From: Octopus sinensis
Lineage: Eukaryota
Reading direction: 5' to 3'
DNA length: 64,000 bases
Assembly: GCF_006345805.1 (NCBI RefSeq)
Contig: NW_021835996.1
Location: 124,001-188,000, forward strand
Positions 1 to 11,900 of this stretch are shown here, piece by piece. Under the pieces are notes generated by a model. That model worked only from the letters and a program-made list of their open reading frames with translations. It was not told the origin of the DNA and made no database searches. Every line of letters begins with the position of its first letter. Position 1 is the first letter of the stretch. Position numbers and translations under genes: made by a program.

Positions 1-1139
1 ACTTACTACGTTTAGGTAGTATAGGAAATAACTTTTTTACAATTAGGAAATAAAAAATGTCCAAGGTTAACTTTAAAGTTTATGATATCAAATAGTTAGA
101 AAGCTATTGGAACATTACAACAACCCGATATTAGGTTCTACGGTAAGGTAATTGAGATGATTACAGGAAGTATCATCACCTTTAAAAAAAACTTTTTTAC
201 TACAATAAAAACAAGATTTCGACTAAAATCTTAAGTAAAATTATTTTAAAAAGTCGAAATTCTTTCAAAATAGCAAATTAAATTTACTTCCACATTTACG
301 TTTTAGCGCAAAATTTCCGTTTTAGTATAAATCAAATTTACTGCGATAAATTTATTAAAATGGACGGAATTGGTCTAAACTGTGTGTCACTCAACCTTAT
401 CACAATTTTAAAAAAAATAGTCCGAAATTTTGTGGAAAGTCTCACAGCTATAACACTCATAATTATGAATCAATTGGTGGAACTACTTGCCCAAATTATG
501 AAAAAACACAAACAGTGACATTCTTCCTATTACCTTTAATTGAATATCTACAATCTTAATTAGTTTTTAACTCTGTCTGTTCTTATTAATTATTATTTAT
601 TTAACAAAAAATTAATATTAATTGATCTTAAATTCTCTAGAACAGTCATAGTCTCTCCTTTCTCTTCAGAGCGCCCTTCAAAGTGTGTGGCTTTGAAGAG
701 AGTAGATGATGCTAGTTCAAACTGGTCAACATAGGATCGTAGGTTAATAGGGAGATGCTTATTTTCGAGTAACTATAGACACCATCACTCTCACAAGACT
801 TGCAATTTAAAGAACTTTTTTTATTTATGAATATTTTTCAAATTGTAAATTCTCCTTTTTAGGTTTTCTTACCTTAAACAGCTGTTTAACAATTGGAATG
901 CTTTTGCTGGTAGAAAAACCTTATGGAGTGGAAAATCTTTCGAAAGAAGTTAGATATAATTTTATGAATTGTGATTTTAATTATTTTTATGATTTGAAGC
1001 ATTGATTTTAGAAATTGATAAAAGAAAATTAGTTACTTCGATTATTTCTGTCTGTCGAAAGTTACTTCCTTAATCAGATAATCAATTTTTCTAATAAAAC
1101 CATTTGTAAAATTAGTAAAAACAAAATTCGAGACTAATT

Positions 1140-2340
1140 GAGTCGCAGCGATGTTTGTAGAATTTACTCACCGCATCACCTCACGTTAGTACTAGTGGTG
1201 CTCTATAGTGGTGCTCTATAGTTACCTTTGCGTTGTGGATTACTCCCAGTACACTGGCAAAGTAATCGTACTTATGGAGCTTTCCCACCTCAACTTTAGG
1301 TTTTTTGGGAGGTGATCCCAATCTCAATAAGATCATTGTGTTCCTCATGCCCGGCTTGTTATTCTAGATTCTCAAATTCGTACTTATTGTCGTGTCAAAA
1401 CGAATCTCCACAGAATTATTCGCAACCACTGACTGAACAGATGAGTTTTCAACCTCCTGGATTTCTTAATTACATACTTCGTACATAACTGCAGATGTAT
1501 ACACTTCACTACTTCTTTGTTTCTTCCTTCTTAAGTAGTCACTATTTAGCATTCAACAACACATCGTCATTAAGTGATCAACTGTCTTCGTGGCTAAGTT
1601 ACAGTGACTGCACAATGCTCCAACATTGTCGAAAAATAAATTACGGTCCTGTATTAGACACAGAAGCCCCTCGCTTATCAGGGAGTTATTTCCATGAGAT
1701 AAGCAATAGAAAGATTCATCGATATCGACGTTGGAATCGTTTAAACACTCGAAAGAGAATTGCATGCAATTGTTTTTTCTTCTGTACTTCCTTCAGCATG
1801 TTCAAATCAAGGTCCCCAGTTTCTTAAATACTTTACTCGCGCTTGAGGTATTCCGCGATTGTGCCCAAGTGAGTTTTCTTTGCATGAATGGCCTGCAGAA
1901 TCCCATCTTTCCTATGGCAGTAACGAGACTTTTCTCAAAATCACGGAGGAATAGGAGAAATATCCGTTCACTTTTGTGGACAGTAGATACGAGTCCTCTC
2001 CCGAGTTGGCCTCTTGGGAGGTAAAGCCTTTCTTTGTTTACACGTTTCAAGTGAATTCGGTGCTGTACAAGGATATTGCGCACATTTTTGTCAATTTTTT
2101 CAAATTCAGTTGGCTCAATATTGACGAGCTCAATGTAGTTGTAGAGCGATTCGACATTTTTTTCAGTCCACCTGCTCCAACAAAATTCTTTACCTCGTTC
2201 ATCATCATTGTATTTTCTTTTCGTGAAAATATTTTTAGGTCATCCATGAAAAGTAGGTGGCTTGTTATGTATGTAATAAAACCGTGGTTTTTATTATTCA
2301 TCACAACTTTTTGGTACTTGGTGTTCAGAATTCTACTGAG
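1140..2340 (-). mobile_element. Degenerate 5'-truncated R4/NeSL-like non-LTR retrotransposon (RT C-terminus, CCHC motif, restriction-like endonuclease)
   Basis: Minus-strand frames read SHLLFMDDLK (RT YxDD region), HLKRVNKERLYLPRGQLGRGL, CSHCNLATKTVDHLMTMC (zinc knuckle) and EIGITSQ..VEVGKLHKYD (RLE). Many stops and frameshifts. Confidence 0.75.
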
Positions 2341-2342
2341 GG

Positions 2343-2805
2343 GTTAACTTAACTCTCCATTTCGCCTATAGTCGAGTTGTCGCCTAACTCGCCTAAATTT
2401 ATTTGACGACAACTCGCCTACTTAAAATAAATAAAAAATTTTATTTTTACTAGATTAAATCTAATTAATTAAAATTTCAACAATTTTTTTACTTTAATCC
2501 TTATTATGACTAACTTTGAACTGCTTAAAAGCCAAAGAGGTGGCAAACTTTTACTACACCGGAACTATTTGTATAATACAGATAGAAAAAAAGACGGTCT
2601 TACTTATTGGAGGTGCAGAAATCGAAAATGCAGGGCGAGGTGCACGGTGGATGCTCAAAACAAGTTGAGCACAAAAAATGCTCATAATCATGGCCCCTTT
2701 GAGGATCATGAGATAAAAAGCATGAAACTAGCTTCTTACCTGAAAGATGCCGCAAAGGCGTCAGAAGACAGTGGTGTCAAGAAGCCTCATTGGAGCCAAT
2801 GTTGA
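2343..2805 (+). mobile_element. MULE/Mutator-like transposon 5' fragment with FLYWCH zinc finger
   Basis: ORF 2506-2805 reads KSQRGGKLLLHRNYLY...TYWRCRNRKCRARC...HNH (FLYWCH). Upstream 2360-2420 has four TCGCCTA motifs and a short inverted repeat, as expected for a terminal region. Confidence 0.6.
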
Positions 2806-2809
2806 CGTC

Positions 2810-3474
2810 ATTAAAAGTACTCTTCTTTTTAACTTTAGAAATCGGTATTCACTCAGAGTATCCCTCGTTTCCTTATCTAACTTCGAATTTCCATTTTGGG
2901 CAATAAGTGTATGAGTCTGTTTATACTGCGCTTTAAGTTTACTTTTATGTATTCACTAATCACTCCATTTATTCCAAACAATATCTCTTTTTTAAGTAGT
3001 TGGTATTGGACTTTTGGGGTCGGCTTCCGCATATCTCGAGGAATACACTTTACTTCCTCAATCTGGAAATAGAATTCATTTGAGAATTCTCTAAAATTGG
3101 AGATTTCAGCCACGTGATTCTTTTCTTGATCCATTGTAAGTTGGACTTTGTTTCCGACATCTGAGCCAGACGCTTCAGGTTCGCCACAGACTTTACGTAA
3201 TGAACTTTTCGTTAAAAGCCCTAGTGATCATAGGCTATCCACGACGTGGTTTTATTTTGAATCTTTTTTAACTACTTCATTAGCCCGTTTGGTCATGTCC
3301 ATCTGCGTTACTTGATCGATGACAGCCCGTAACGATGACAGATTAGCACGGCAATCCGGGTTTGAAACCAGACTGGGAGAATAGGTAACAGATTCTTGCG
3401 CTCCGAACTACCCATGGACCACACGGTCTACGTTATTGGTGGTTTCTCTTTGATTATCTTACGCAGAAACGTTC
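2810..3474 (-). mobile_element. N-terminal/5' remnant of an RLE-type non-LTR element, interrupted by the LINE at 3489-5023
   Basis: ORF 2877-3134 (IPRDMRKPTPKV...ILFGINGVISEY) resembles the pre-RT region of R4/NeSL-like elements. The sequence resumes after the second TSD copy at 5038. Confidence 0.4.
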
Positions 3475-3488
3475 TGTTAAGCCCGCTA

Positions 3489-5023
3489 TTATTATTTAAC
3501 CTCGGGAACATAGGAATAGTAATCGTCTAATTAAGTGATCCCGGTGTCATTGCGTCTTCTTTTATCTCTTCCTTGTCTCGAATTCTTAATCAACGTCCAA
3601 AGGGGGATGGTTTTTTTTCAAATTTCCTAACACACTTCTCATAGGCAAGATACTCCTCTTCAAAAGGACCTCCGGTAGATCTTGCCATCGTTAAGAAGAT
3701 GTGCTGTCTTTCTGTAAGATGGTCCATTAATTTTTTGACGTTGAGTGTATTTCTCAATTCCAAAAACGTTATGTATTTTATCACGTTTCAGTAAAATCCG
3801 TAAGCACTGTTTTTGTACGACTTCCAGTTTGTTTTGTGCGAATATTGAAAATGGCGGATCCACGACGCACATGCGTGTTCAATTGTAGGCAGTATATATT
3901 GTTTGTATAATAATTCAAAATGAGGAATAGAAGATATTGGAGATCTAGCAAAAGCTTTGAGAATTGCGATCTTCTTTTATTCGTGAAGCCACTGACTCGA
4001 CTTGATTTTTGAACGTCATTAAGGGGTCGAATGTAACTCCAAGAATTGAAGGGTTCCTTTTAACTGGGATTAGTTTTCCATCCCAAGTTATTTTTGGGTC
4101 CATTGCTGTATGTTTCCTTTATGAAGAGATAATCGTAGTGCTTGATTTCTTCATTCGGTTTTTGAGAAACCATGGCTTCATAAGGTTAATGGTCTCCTGA
4201 ACTTTTCTTTGTAATCTTGATGTTTTGTTGCGATAATTAGATTGTCAGCGTATGATAAAAGGATTGTATCTTTGTCGTTTGGATTTGGGAGGTCTCTTGT
4301 AAATAAATTGAACAGGATTGGTGATAAGGGGGATCCTTGTGGGACCCCGTTTAAGAGGTATCGGTTATTCATTATAACCTGTCCATTTCTGCCATTAAGG
4401 AAGTTCGCCAACCATATCTTGATCTTCGGATGGATACCGATGGAGAGAATTTTTGATGTTAAAGTTTTCCTCGGTACTGAATCGAATGCTTTTTTGATAT
4501 TTAGTGCAAGTAACACCGTTCTTTGATGTGGTTTTGAGTAGTTCAGTCCATCTGAGATGAACTGAGTCAACTTCGTAAGATATGTAGAATTTGAACGGTC
4601 TCTTTTGAATCCATGTTGAAAACTGGGTAATTCTAACGAAAGAGTAGTTTTGTTGAGAATTAACTTTTCCAATGTTCTTGAATTGATACAGGACGATAAC
4701 TCCGTGGATCGTTCAGAGATTTGTCCTTTTTCGGCATCGGGTGTATGAGTGATTTTTTCCATAATGACGGAATTTCATTTTTGTTTACTGAGTAATTGAA
4801 AACTTGGGTAAGGGCTTCGATTCCCACCGGCCCCAAGTGTTTTAATTCATCAATTGAAATATCGTCAGCTCCTTTTGACCTTGTATTTTTCATTTATTTA
4901 ATTACATTAATTACATCTAAGTGTGAAGTATTCATTGTATTGATATTTTTTCTTCTCGTGTTTTGGTTCATGTTCCATTTTCAAATACGGTTTGTGGCTT
5001 ATGCTAACATAAAATTTCATTAA
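3489..5023 (-). mobile_element. 5'-truncated Jockey/I-like LINE with 14-bp target-site duplication
   Basis: RT motifs KGADDI, YRPVS, QHGFK, LNIKKAFDSV, GVPQGSPLSPILFN, SYADN, LEVVQKQCLR. Short (TAA)n tail at 3489. TSD TGTTAAGCCCGCTA at 3475-3488 and 5024-5037. Confidence 0.82.
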
Positions 5024-5506
5024 TGTTAAGCCCGCTAGGAGCAAACATGCACGTAGCAACCCTAAACGCAATTCTTTTTGTTAAATTAATTTTTTGTTTT
5101 ATTAGGAATAACAAAAATTGATCCGATCGTCACGGTAGCATCTTATAAAATTAGAATTCTCGTTTGCAGACTCTAAATCAAATGGCTGAGATTATTAGTT
5201 TAACAAAAAATTGGTTTCTGATGGTCGCAAAATATTGCCCCAAGTCTTTTCCGCTGAAACAAACGCGAACAAAAAACCTTTCGATACATCTTAAGTATTT
5301 TGTAATTCTAATTCCGAGACGTTGCATGTAAGCAAGTGTTTTCTCGAATAAAAGATTTGACATCTCAGCAGAAGATATGGAAACAAGTTTACTGTCTCCT
5401 TAGTCTAAAGCTTCAGCTTAGTTGAAATCCCACAGAATGCGACATGGCCAAAATAATACAAAAAGAAAATTTCACACAAAATATATCTTTATAAATGTAA
5501 ATTATG

Positions 5507-6376
5507 TTATAGTTGAATATCATTTTTGATCATTTCTTGGTAACTAGATTCTTGTGTAGAATTTGAGACAGAAAAGCTAACTGATATGGTAATACGTCTC
5601 ATTTCCGAAACGAAAGTAAGACTAAATCCAATTAATAAAAACAAAGTCATGATTTCACAAAATGCTGCAAAAGACCAAAATTTTATGTTCTAAAAATAAA
5701 TTGATAAAAAATAGAAACCTTAATTCCATTAATATCGACCGTCGATGTTCCAGCAAAAGCTAAAATGTACATAATATGCTTACTTATGATACTTCCAAAA
5801 ATAGTCAAAATTGTCAGCACAATCCTCAAGGTTGTCACCCTGGCATCCTGGCAAGACGCCTTTCCCAAAAACGTTTGCGAAATGCAGTAAGTGGGTTGAC
5901 TGACAAAGACAATAATTGAGGCCATGTAATGCCCAGTCATAAAACTAGACTAAAGACTGAGGAAATAACGATAACTTTAAAATTCGCAATCAGGAAAGAT
6001 CCAATGGATATAATAAGGCCGACAATAAATGCAAGTTTGTTAATATTGTGAACTAGTTTGTTATTCTTAGCAATTCGACTCTTTATGTAGATGTAACGAA
6101 CAAAAAATATAAAAACACCTAAATTAAAAATTCAATTCCAACTTATTATGGAAATTATTATAAGAGAGATTGAGAAAAGAATGCCTTGAAAGCCACTGTC
6201 TGTTACTTCACTACAATTTTAATGCAAGTTTAGCACCTTAAATATGGAAAATATCCATTCCAGTTCTTAGTAGTTGAATAGATCACTGTTATTGATGTGA
6301 TTAAGATCACAAAAACCGAGAAAGGGCAGAAATAAAACTTGGAGGTTGAAAGTGAATGTAGATTGTAATTCGTCAT
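5507..6376 (-). CDS. DRAM: DRAM/TMEM150 (Frag1/DRAM/Sfk1) family membrane protein, about 5 exons
   Basis: Removing 24-27 nt GT-AG introns gives MTNYN...FPYLSEVTDSG...FFVRYIYIK...NKLAFIVGLIISIGSFLIANFK...GHYMASII...AAFCEIMTLFLLIGFSLTFVSEMR, matching DRAM motifs PYISDTG, YVRY, ANFQ and SAICEW. Confidence 0.82.
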
Positions 6377-6586
6377 AAAAGGAAGGAAAGAACAAACAAA
6401 TATAAAATGTAAAAATTTATGTTTATTATAAAATTTTAAATGTTTATTATAAAATTTTAAATAAATTTAAATAAAATTTATTTTATTATTATAATTAGAT
6501 AATTTATTTTATTATTATGTTGGAGTTGTTTGTTTTGGTGGTGTAATTTTTTCCCATTTGTAATTTTGTCACATTACTGTAACAAT

Positions 6587-8585
6587 TGTCGCAGTAAATA
6601 GGGATTCCAGGAAATAGCGATCCGTAGTAAATAGAGCGCATAGTATTCAAATATAAATAAATTAAGCAATTTATATGTCTATTTAGTAATAATCATTTTT
6701 ATTTTTGAAAATGTTTTTATTTTTTGCAAAAAATAATAAATTTTTATTTGAGCATGGGATATCTATCGATGTGCAATTATGAAAGGGATCAGATTATTGA
6801 TTATCTAGTCAATGCGAATTTACCGTCAACACTCAGTACCGCCAATGAAATTCGTTCCTGGGCGAGTAAGTTTATTCACTTTCCGCCGAATCTTATGTTT
6901 AAACGTGGAGTTGATCATTTTGTCCGATTTTTTACTGTTGAAGAACAAGAACAACTTTATGATTATGTCCGGTTGTGTCACCTGGATACGGGGCATCCAG
7001 GTCGAGATAAATTATTCAATCATATGAAGAACTTGGCATATGGAATTAGCATAGAACATGTGAATCATGTTCTAAGTGCATGTACAACTTGCATAGCTCG
7101 TCGTACGCTCGCAACCAGGAGACAAATTACTCCAATAATTGCCAAGTTTTCACGAGAAAGGCTGATTATCGATCTTGTGGACCTAAGATATTACAGCGAT
7201 CAAAATAGTGGCGAAAAATGGTTGCTGGTGATAATGGACTCGTTTACGAAATACTGTTGGACTTCAGCACTGAAATCAAAGAACTCGGCTGATGTGATAC
7301 CGAGGATACGAAGTGTTGTTCTTTCTTTGGGGGAAGTATTCATAATACATACCGACAATGGACTTGAATTCTGCAACTCGCGGATGACGCAGTTGTGCGA
7401 AGAATTTGGAATTCGCCATGTCAGGGGGAGGGCCCGATGTCCCTGGATACAGGGTCAAGTGGAACGACTTAATCAGACACTCAAATGGATGCTCAGTTCG
7501 ACGTTATTAACCAACGGGAATGGATTTCGTTGGATTGATATCCTCGAAAATATAACATACGCATATAATACAAGGATACACTCTACAACGCGCTTTTCTC
7601 CTGTTCATTTGATGTATGGCCCACGGATTAGAGAACAAATGGCTCGAGGTCATACTCAGGCACTCATTGAATATATTGATTCCATCAATCAACTTGACTA
7701 CAATGAAGAGCCAAGAACCGAGCAAATTCAACAAGAACTACATGGACTTGATGTGGAAACAAACGACAACGAGATGGATCGACTTGTAGTAGCTTCTGCA
7801 GCAGCCGAAGATTTACGAGATATTGCGAGGAGGAATACTAATAGTGCTGCTGAATCCATGAGGAGACGATCTAATTGGAGGAATGATATCCTTGACTTTC
7901 CTCTGGGGACGAAAGTGGTCATCCACACCGACACAGATACGAATACAACAACACGCCGTCGACCATTCCACGAACATTTGGATTGTACTGAATATACTGT
8001 CGTTGGGATTTTACAGCACGACAGGGTCCAAATTAGTTCGACGAATATGTTGATCAATCATGAGGCCCCTTACGAGATCGATATTAATAGACTAGCTATC
8101 GTTGGAAAACTATAAAAATTTTGTTTCGGAATAAACTTCTTTATATCTTAAATTTTTGTTCTTTTATGATTGCAATCGAAAATAGACAACTATTTGCTAT
8201 TTCAAAAAAAAAAGAATTTGAATTACTTTTCCATATTTTCATTTTTGTTTAAATAAAATGAAATCGAAACTAAAATACACTCCATAAAGATTTAAACGCG
8301 AAATTGACTAAATTGTTAACAAAAAGCGTCATTTAAACATTTAAAAAAATTAACAATTCAAACAATAAACGAATCTATTCTTAAGCAAATATTTTCATTA
8401 TTCCTGTACGATTTTAAAGCAGATTTTGTAGTAAGCTATTTATTAATTTATAAAATTATCAAATTAACGAAAAAATCGTCCTGCACAGTATTTGTCTTTA
8501 TAGATTTCTCTATTTGGTCAATATAAAATTTTATAATTATTTTACTTCGGATCGCTATTTCCTGGTATCTCTATTTACTGTAACA
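6587..8585 (+). mobile_element. Ginger2/TDD-like DNA transposon, full length, about 47-bp TIRs
   Basis: Left end TGTCGCAGTAAATAGGGATTCCAGGAAATAGCGATCCG matches the reverse complement of the right end TGTTACAGTAAATAGAGATACCAGGAAATAGCGATCCG. TGT...ACA termini enclose an intact integrase ORF. No clear TSD. Confidence 0.85.
6754..8115 (+). CDS. Gypsy-like DDE integrase/transposase (KRBA2/SCAND3-like) with HHCC zinc finger, intron-less
   Basis: Uninterrupted ORF: H..GHPGRDK...CTTC; IDLVD (D1); HTDNG (D2); QGQVERLNQTLK (E); YNTRIHSTTRFSP. Confidence 0.9.
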   Translation: MGYLSMCNYERDQIIDYLVNANLPSTLSTANEIRSWASKFIHFPPNLMFKRGVDHFVRFFTVEEQEQLYDYVRLCHLDTGHPGRDKLFNHMKNLAYGISIEHVNHVLSACTTCIARRTLATRRQITPIIAKFSRERLIIDLVDLRYYSDQNSGEKWLLVIMDSFTKYCWTSALKSKNSADVIPRIRSVVLSLGEVFIIHTDNGLEFCNSRMTQLCEEFGIRHVRGRARCPWIQGQVERLNQTLKWMLSSTLLTNGNGFRWIDILENITYAYNTRIHSTTRFSPVHLMYGPRIREQMARGHTQALIEYIDSINQLDYNEEPRTEQIQQELHGLDVETNDNEMDRLVVASAAAEDLRDIARRNTNSAAESMRRRSNWRNDILDFPLGTKVVIHTDTDTNTTTRRRPFHEHLDCTEYTVVGILQHDRVQISSTNMLINHEAPYEIDINRLAIVGKL

Positions 8586-8589
8586 TTCA

Positions 8590-10010
8590 TTGTTGTTCTT
8601 CATTGTATTGTCTTATTTTCTGTGTATCCTATTCTATTCTAATCTATTCATGGAAAAAGTAGATAATCCCACATGCCTTTCTTGCGAGAAATCGAACAGA
8701 CGTAAACGTGGAATTAATTGCTCGACCTGTGAGAATTTTTTCCATTTTTCTTGTATTGGTCTCAAGAGAAGGCAGGCATTTGCCCTCCAGACGTGGAATT
8801 GCTCTTCGTGCGTAGTTCCTGGATGGTGTCCACCTGCCTTTGCACTTCCCGTCTCTGATGCAGAGGATTTCCTGCGATATCTGTCCGCTTTGCGACTGTG
8901 CAGGTACATCCCCGTCAGGATTCCGAAGGCAGTCAGGTTACTTGCTGCATAGAGTCTTGCCACCTTGATCGGAAATGCCACGAAGAAACACTCCGACGCC
9001 CTTTCATGGGCAAAACTATTCCTCTTTCCTGTCTACGCTTTGGGCGTCCCAATACAGCAACAAAGGGATGGGCAATCCCTTGCTAAAGTTTTGATAGCGC
9101 AGATCGCTGAATTAATGTCCAATTTCGAGTCCGTCCTCTGCTCCCCTCCGAAGGGACGCACAAAGTTGAAAGAAGGCCTTTAAAGGCATCTGAAGTCGAA
9201 AGGATACGGCGGCTGGTACGGACAAAACTCATGGAAGGAGACGTAAAGGCCGCTGTACGAACCATATCCTCGGACCTGGCCACCCTTCCATGCAGCACTG
9301 CTACTGTTTCCGCATTGAAGGCGAAACATCCCAGCGCCCCTGAAGATTTTCGTGGATTCCACCTCTCTAATGTCATGCCACTAGTAGCCGCGGACGTCTC
9401 CGATAGCCTTAAATCCTTCCGCCGCAACAGCTCTGGCGGTGTAGATGGCCTAAGGCCTGGGCATGTTCGTGATTTGATATGCCGGCTCTCAGGGGAAAAC
9501 AATACTACCTTGCCTGAAAAGATCGTCGAACTCTCTAACAAGATTCTGTCCGGCGACTTATGCTCTTTTGCCCGCGAACTGATCTTTTCCTCATGTTTGA
9601 CGGCCCTAAAGAAGGCGGATGGCGGAGTTCGCCCCATTGCTGTCGGAAACATTTTCCGAAGGATTGCTTCCAAGATAGCAAGCAAGGCAGGCTCTGGGGA
9701 ACTTCTACCGTATTTCTTACCAACACAGCTCGGAGTTGGTGTCCGAGGAGGCGCTGAGGCCGGGGTCCACGTTCTACGTGAGTTTGTTATTTCTTCCACG
9801 GATTCCCAACGAATTCTGGCCAAGATCGACTTAAAAAATGCATTCAATTCTGTTAGAAGAGACTGTATCCTTGAAGCTTGCGCCAAAGAAATTCCGTACA
9901 TCCTATCGATTGTCAATTTGGCATACTCCAAGCCTTCCGCGCTTATATTCGGGACAACCATACTTGATTCTGCTAATGGAGTTCAACAAGGTGACCCTCT
10001 AGGACCTAGA
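8590..10010 (+). mobile_element. CRE-clade non-LTR retrotransposon 5' part (PHD finger + RT), frameshifted and 3'-truncated
   Basis: PHD-like CLSC...CSTCENFFHFSC...WNCSSC, then GDVKAAVR, SSGGVDGLRPGH, GGVRPIAVGNIFRR, QLGVG, DLKNAFNS, QQGDPLGP. Breaks off immediately after that last motif. Confidence 0.8.
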
Positions 10011-10690
10011 GGTTTCATCTATGATACTCTGATATTTTGAGTGCTGTTTTCATCTATGAAATTATCATTTTCTTCTGCATTTTCTCCTCCCTCGAAAGCA
10101 ATCATGGAATCTATTTCTGTTTCTAATATGGGTTCGTTTTTTATTATTCCCATAAAACATTGAATGGAATATTTTTCGTTGTGGAATGATGCGTTGTGTT
10201 ATAATCATATACAATACTTTGGAGATTATTAAATTATTCCCCAAATCTTCCATTGGAATTGCTTGTTGAAGATATCCATCTTTTGATTGATCGATTAAAT
10301 CTTTATAGAAAAAATTAGTTACCTTTCTACTTGTCCTTAAATCCACGGGCATCGTGGTCTGCCGAATACTCGCTTGATGTTGAATTTTCCACCATGTTCA
10401 TCCATCTTTGAATTTTTTAACTCCAATCTATTGTCTATATGTAGAATGACTGGAGGTCCGTATGTGTAAAAAATCTTCAAAAATAGTTGAGAAATTTCTT
10501 TAGCAGATTTTGTTTTAAATAATTCAACTACTGCAAATTTTGAAAATGAATCGATTAAGACGAGCAACTTAAATATAAATAAAGTTTAAATTCATGAATA
10601 TGAATCGTTTATTTTAGAATATCTCCTTAGATCTATGAAATCCGCGATATATCTATCTCGAGGTCTTTTCCCAATAATTGACCTAATACT
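10010..10690 (-). mobile_element. Degenerate intron-containing Ginger2 integrase fragment
   Basis: LVLIDSFSKF...GPPVILHIDN...GRPRCPWI*GQVER|FN. A 22-nt GT-AG intron (10301-10322) sits at the same codon position as intron 4 of the 44.6-kb element. Confidence 0.75.
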
Positions 10691-10737
10691 GGGCTTCGTA
10701 CACATAAAATTCTTTGACTATTTGTAAATGTTTGTTT

Positions 10738-10990
10738 TTAAATGAAAAATATTACCTGACACTCAACACATGATTTAATTACATTTTTTTTGCATTCCGC
10801 GGTTGTGACAATAGATCCAGGGGCGGATGCGGACATCAGCAGGTTCTGAGTCGAGAAAGAGTCCACACACGTGGCATCCCAGGTAAGAGGTTTCCCCCTG
10901 TTGAAGGGAAACACAGTGATCCCGTCAGGCCTTTTTCCGTCCCCCCGATCGATCCCAGTGGGTTCAAGCATGGAGGGGATCCCTGCGATA
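10738..10990 (-). mobile_element. CRE-clade restriction-like endonuclease fragment
   Basis: AGIPSMLEPTGIDRGDGKRPDGITVFPF..GKPLTWDATCVD..S...AE.KK. Confidence 0.8.
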
Positions 10991-11559
10991 TTATTACCGA
11001 GAATTGTAAACTTTCACGTACCATTTTTCCTATTCTCGTATTATTTTCATGTTAAAGTAATTCTATGTGTTTAATTTAACACTTCTCATCTTATAAGTAC
11101 ACAAAAAACTCCTTAACACTTTTTTCTAAATGACATTGTTGAAATGTATTTCTTCACAAGTGAATTCCTGTCGATTATAGAATTTGTTGCAGTAGGAGGG
11201 GGATGAATAAAACCAAGATATTATTACTAATGTTTTTTTAAGATACTTTTTGTTTCATGTTTAGTTAGTCCTGCTTTCGGAGAAATGCATTTAGTTATTA
11301 ATGGAGTAATCGGATCAAAAACAGCAATCCTACATAAAGATTAGTAACCATCCTTTTACTTTTAGAATGTTATTTAGGAAGAGAAATCTCGTTTATCTTT
11401 CCAGAAAAAAGTCAATCGGGTTCCTCAAAGAGAGTTAATTCCACAGAGTTGCCAAGCATTTTAATCAATTGTGGTTGCACTGATATTATGTTAAAGAATA
11501 AACTTTAGAAAAAAATCCTTTGATCAAAAAAACTCTCAAACTTGGGTTTGTTTATCGCT

Positions 11560-11900
11560 TTAATACTGATCTACTTCTTTTCGGGTCTTGTCGACTGTTC
11601 TCTGAATTACAGATGTGTCAGCGTTTTGAGATTCGTAGGCTCTCTGCACATAGAACAGTTTTAGATTCAAAATGTCTGCTTCCTTCACAAGTTTGGCGAC
11701 TATACTAATATATAGTGTTCCTCACCCTCCTTTAATTCCTCAGCGCTGGTATTTCTGAGTTTATTTGCTATCTTGCGATGCTCTTCAATTTCGTACAATG
11801 TTCTTTCATTCGTGAAAGACTTTTCGGACAACTGTTCCATAAGGTCTTCCAGCTGTGCTTGCAGAGATGCCAATTTCGTCGTCAATTTGATCATTTTCAT
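11560..11900 (-). pseudogene. 3' fragment of an unidentified coiled-coil host gene, 5' part replaced by a pogo element
   Basis: KLASLQAQLEDLMEQLSEK...EELKE|VAKLVKEADILNLKLFYVQRAYE...KEVDQY* is joined by a 26-nt GT-AG intron (11700-11725). No start codon of its own. Confidence 0.4.

Noticed and set aside
645-805. Hairpin CTTCAAAG-TGTGTGG-CTTTGAAG with a U5-like TTTCTCTTCAGA prefix as a snRNA or snoRNA
   Set aside because: The invariant U5 loop 1 (GCCTTTTAC), the Sm site and the U3 boxes are missing.
9083-9961. 292-aa minus-strand ORF as a gene
   Set aside because: It is the antisense shadow of the GC-richer CRE RT and has no recognisable motifs.
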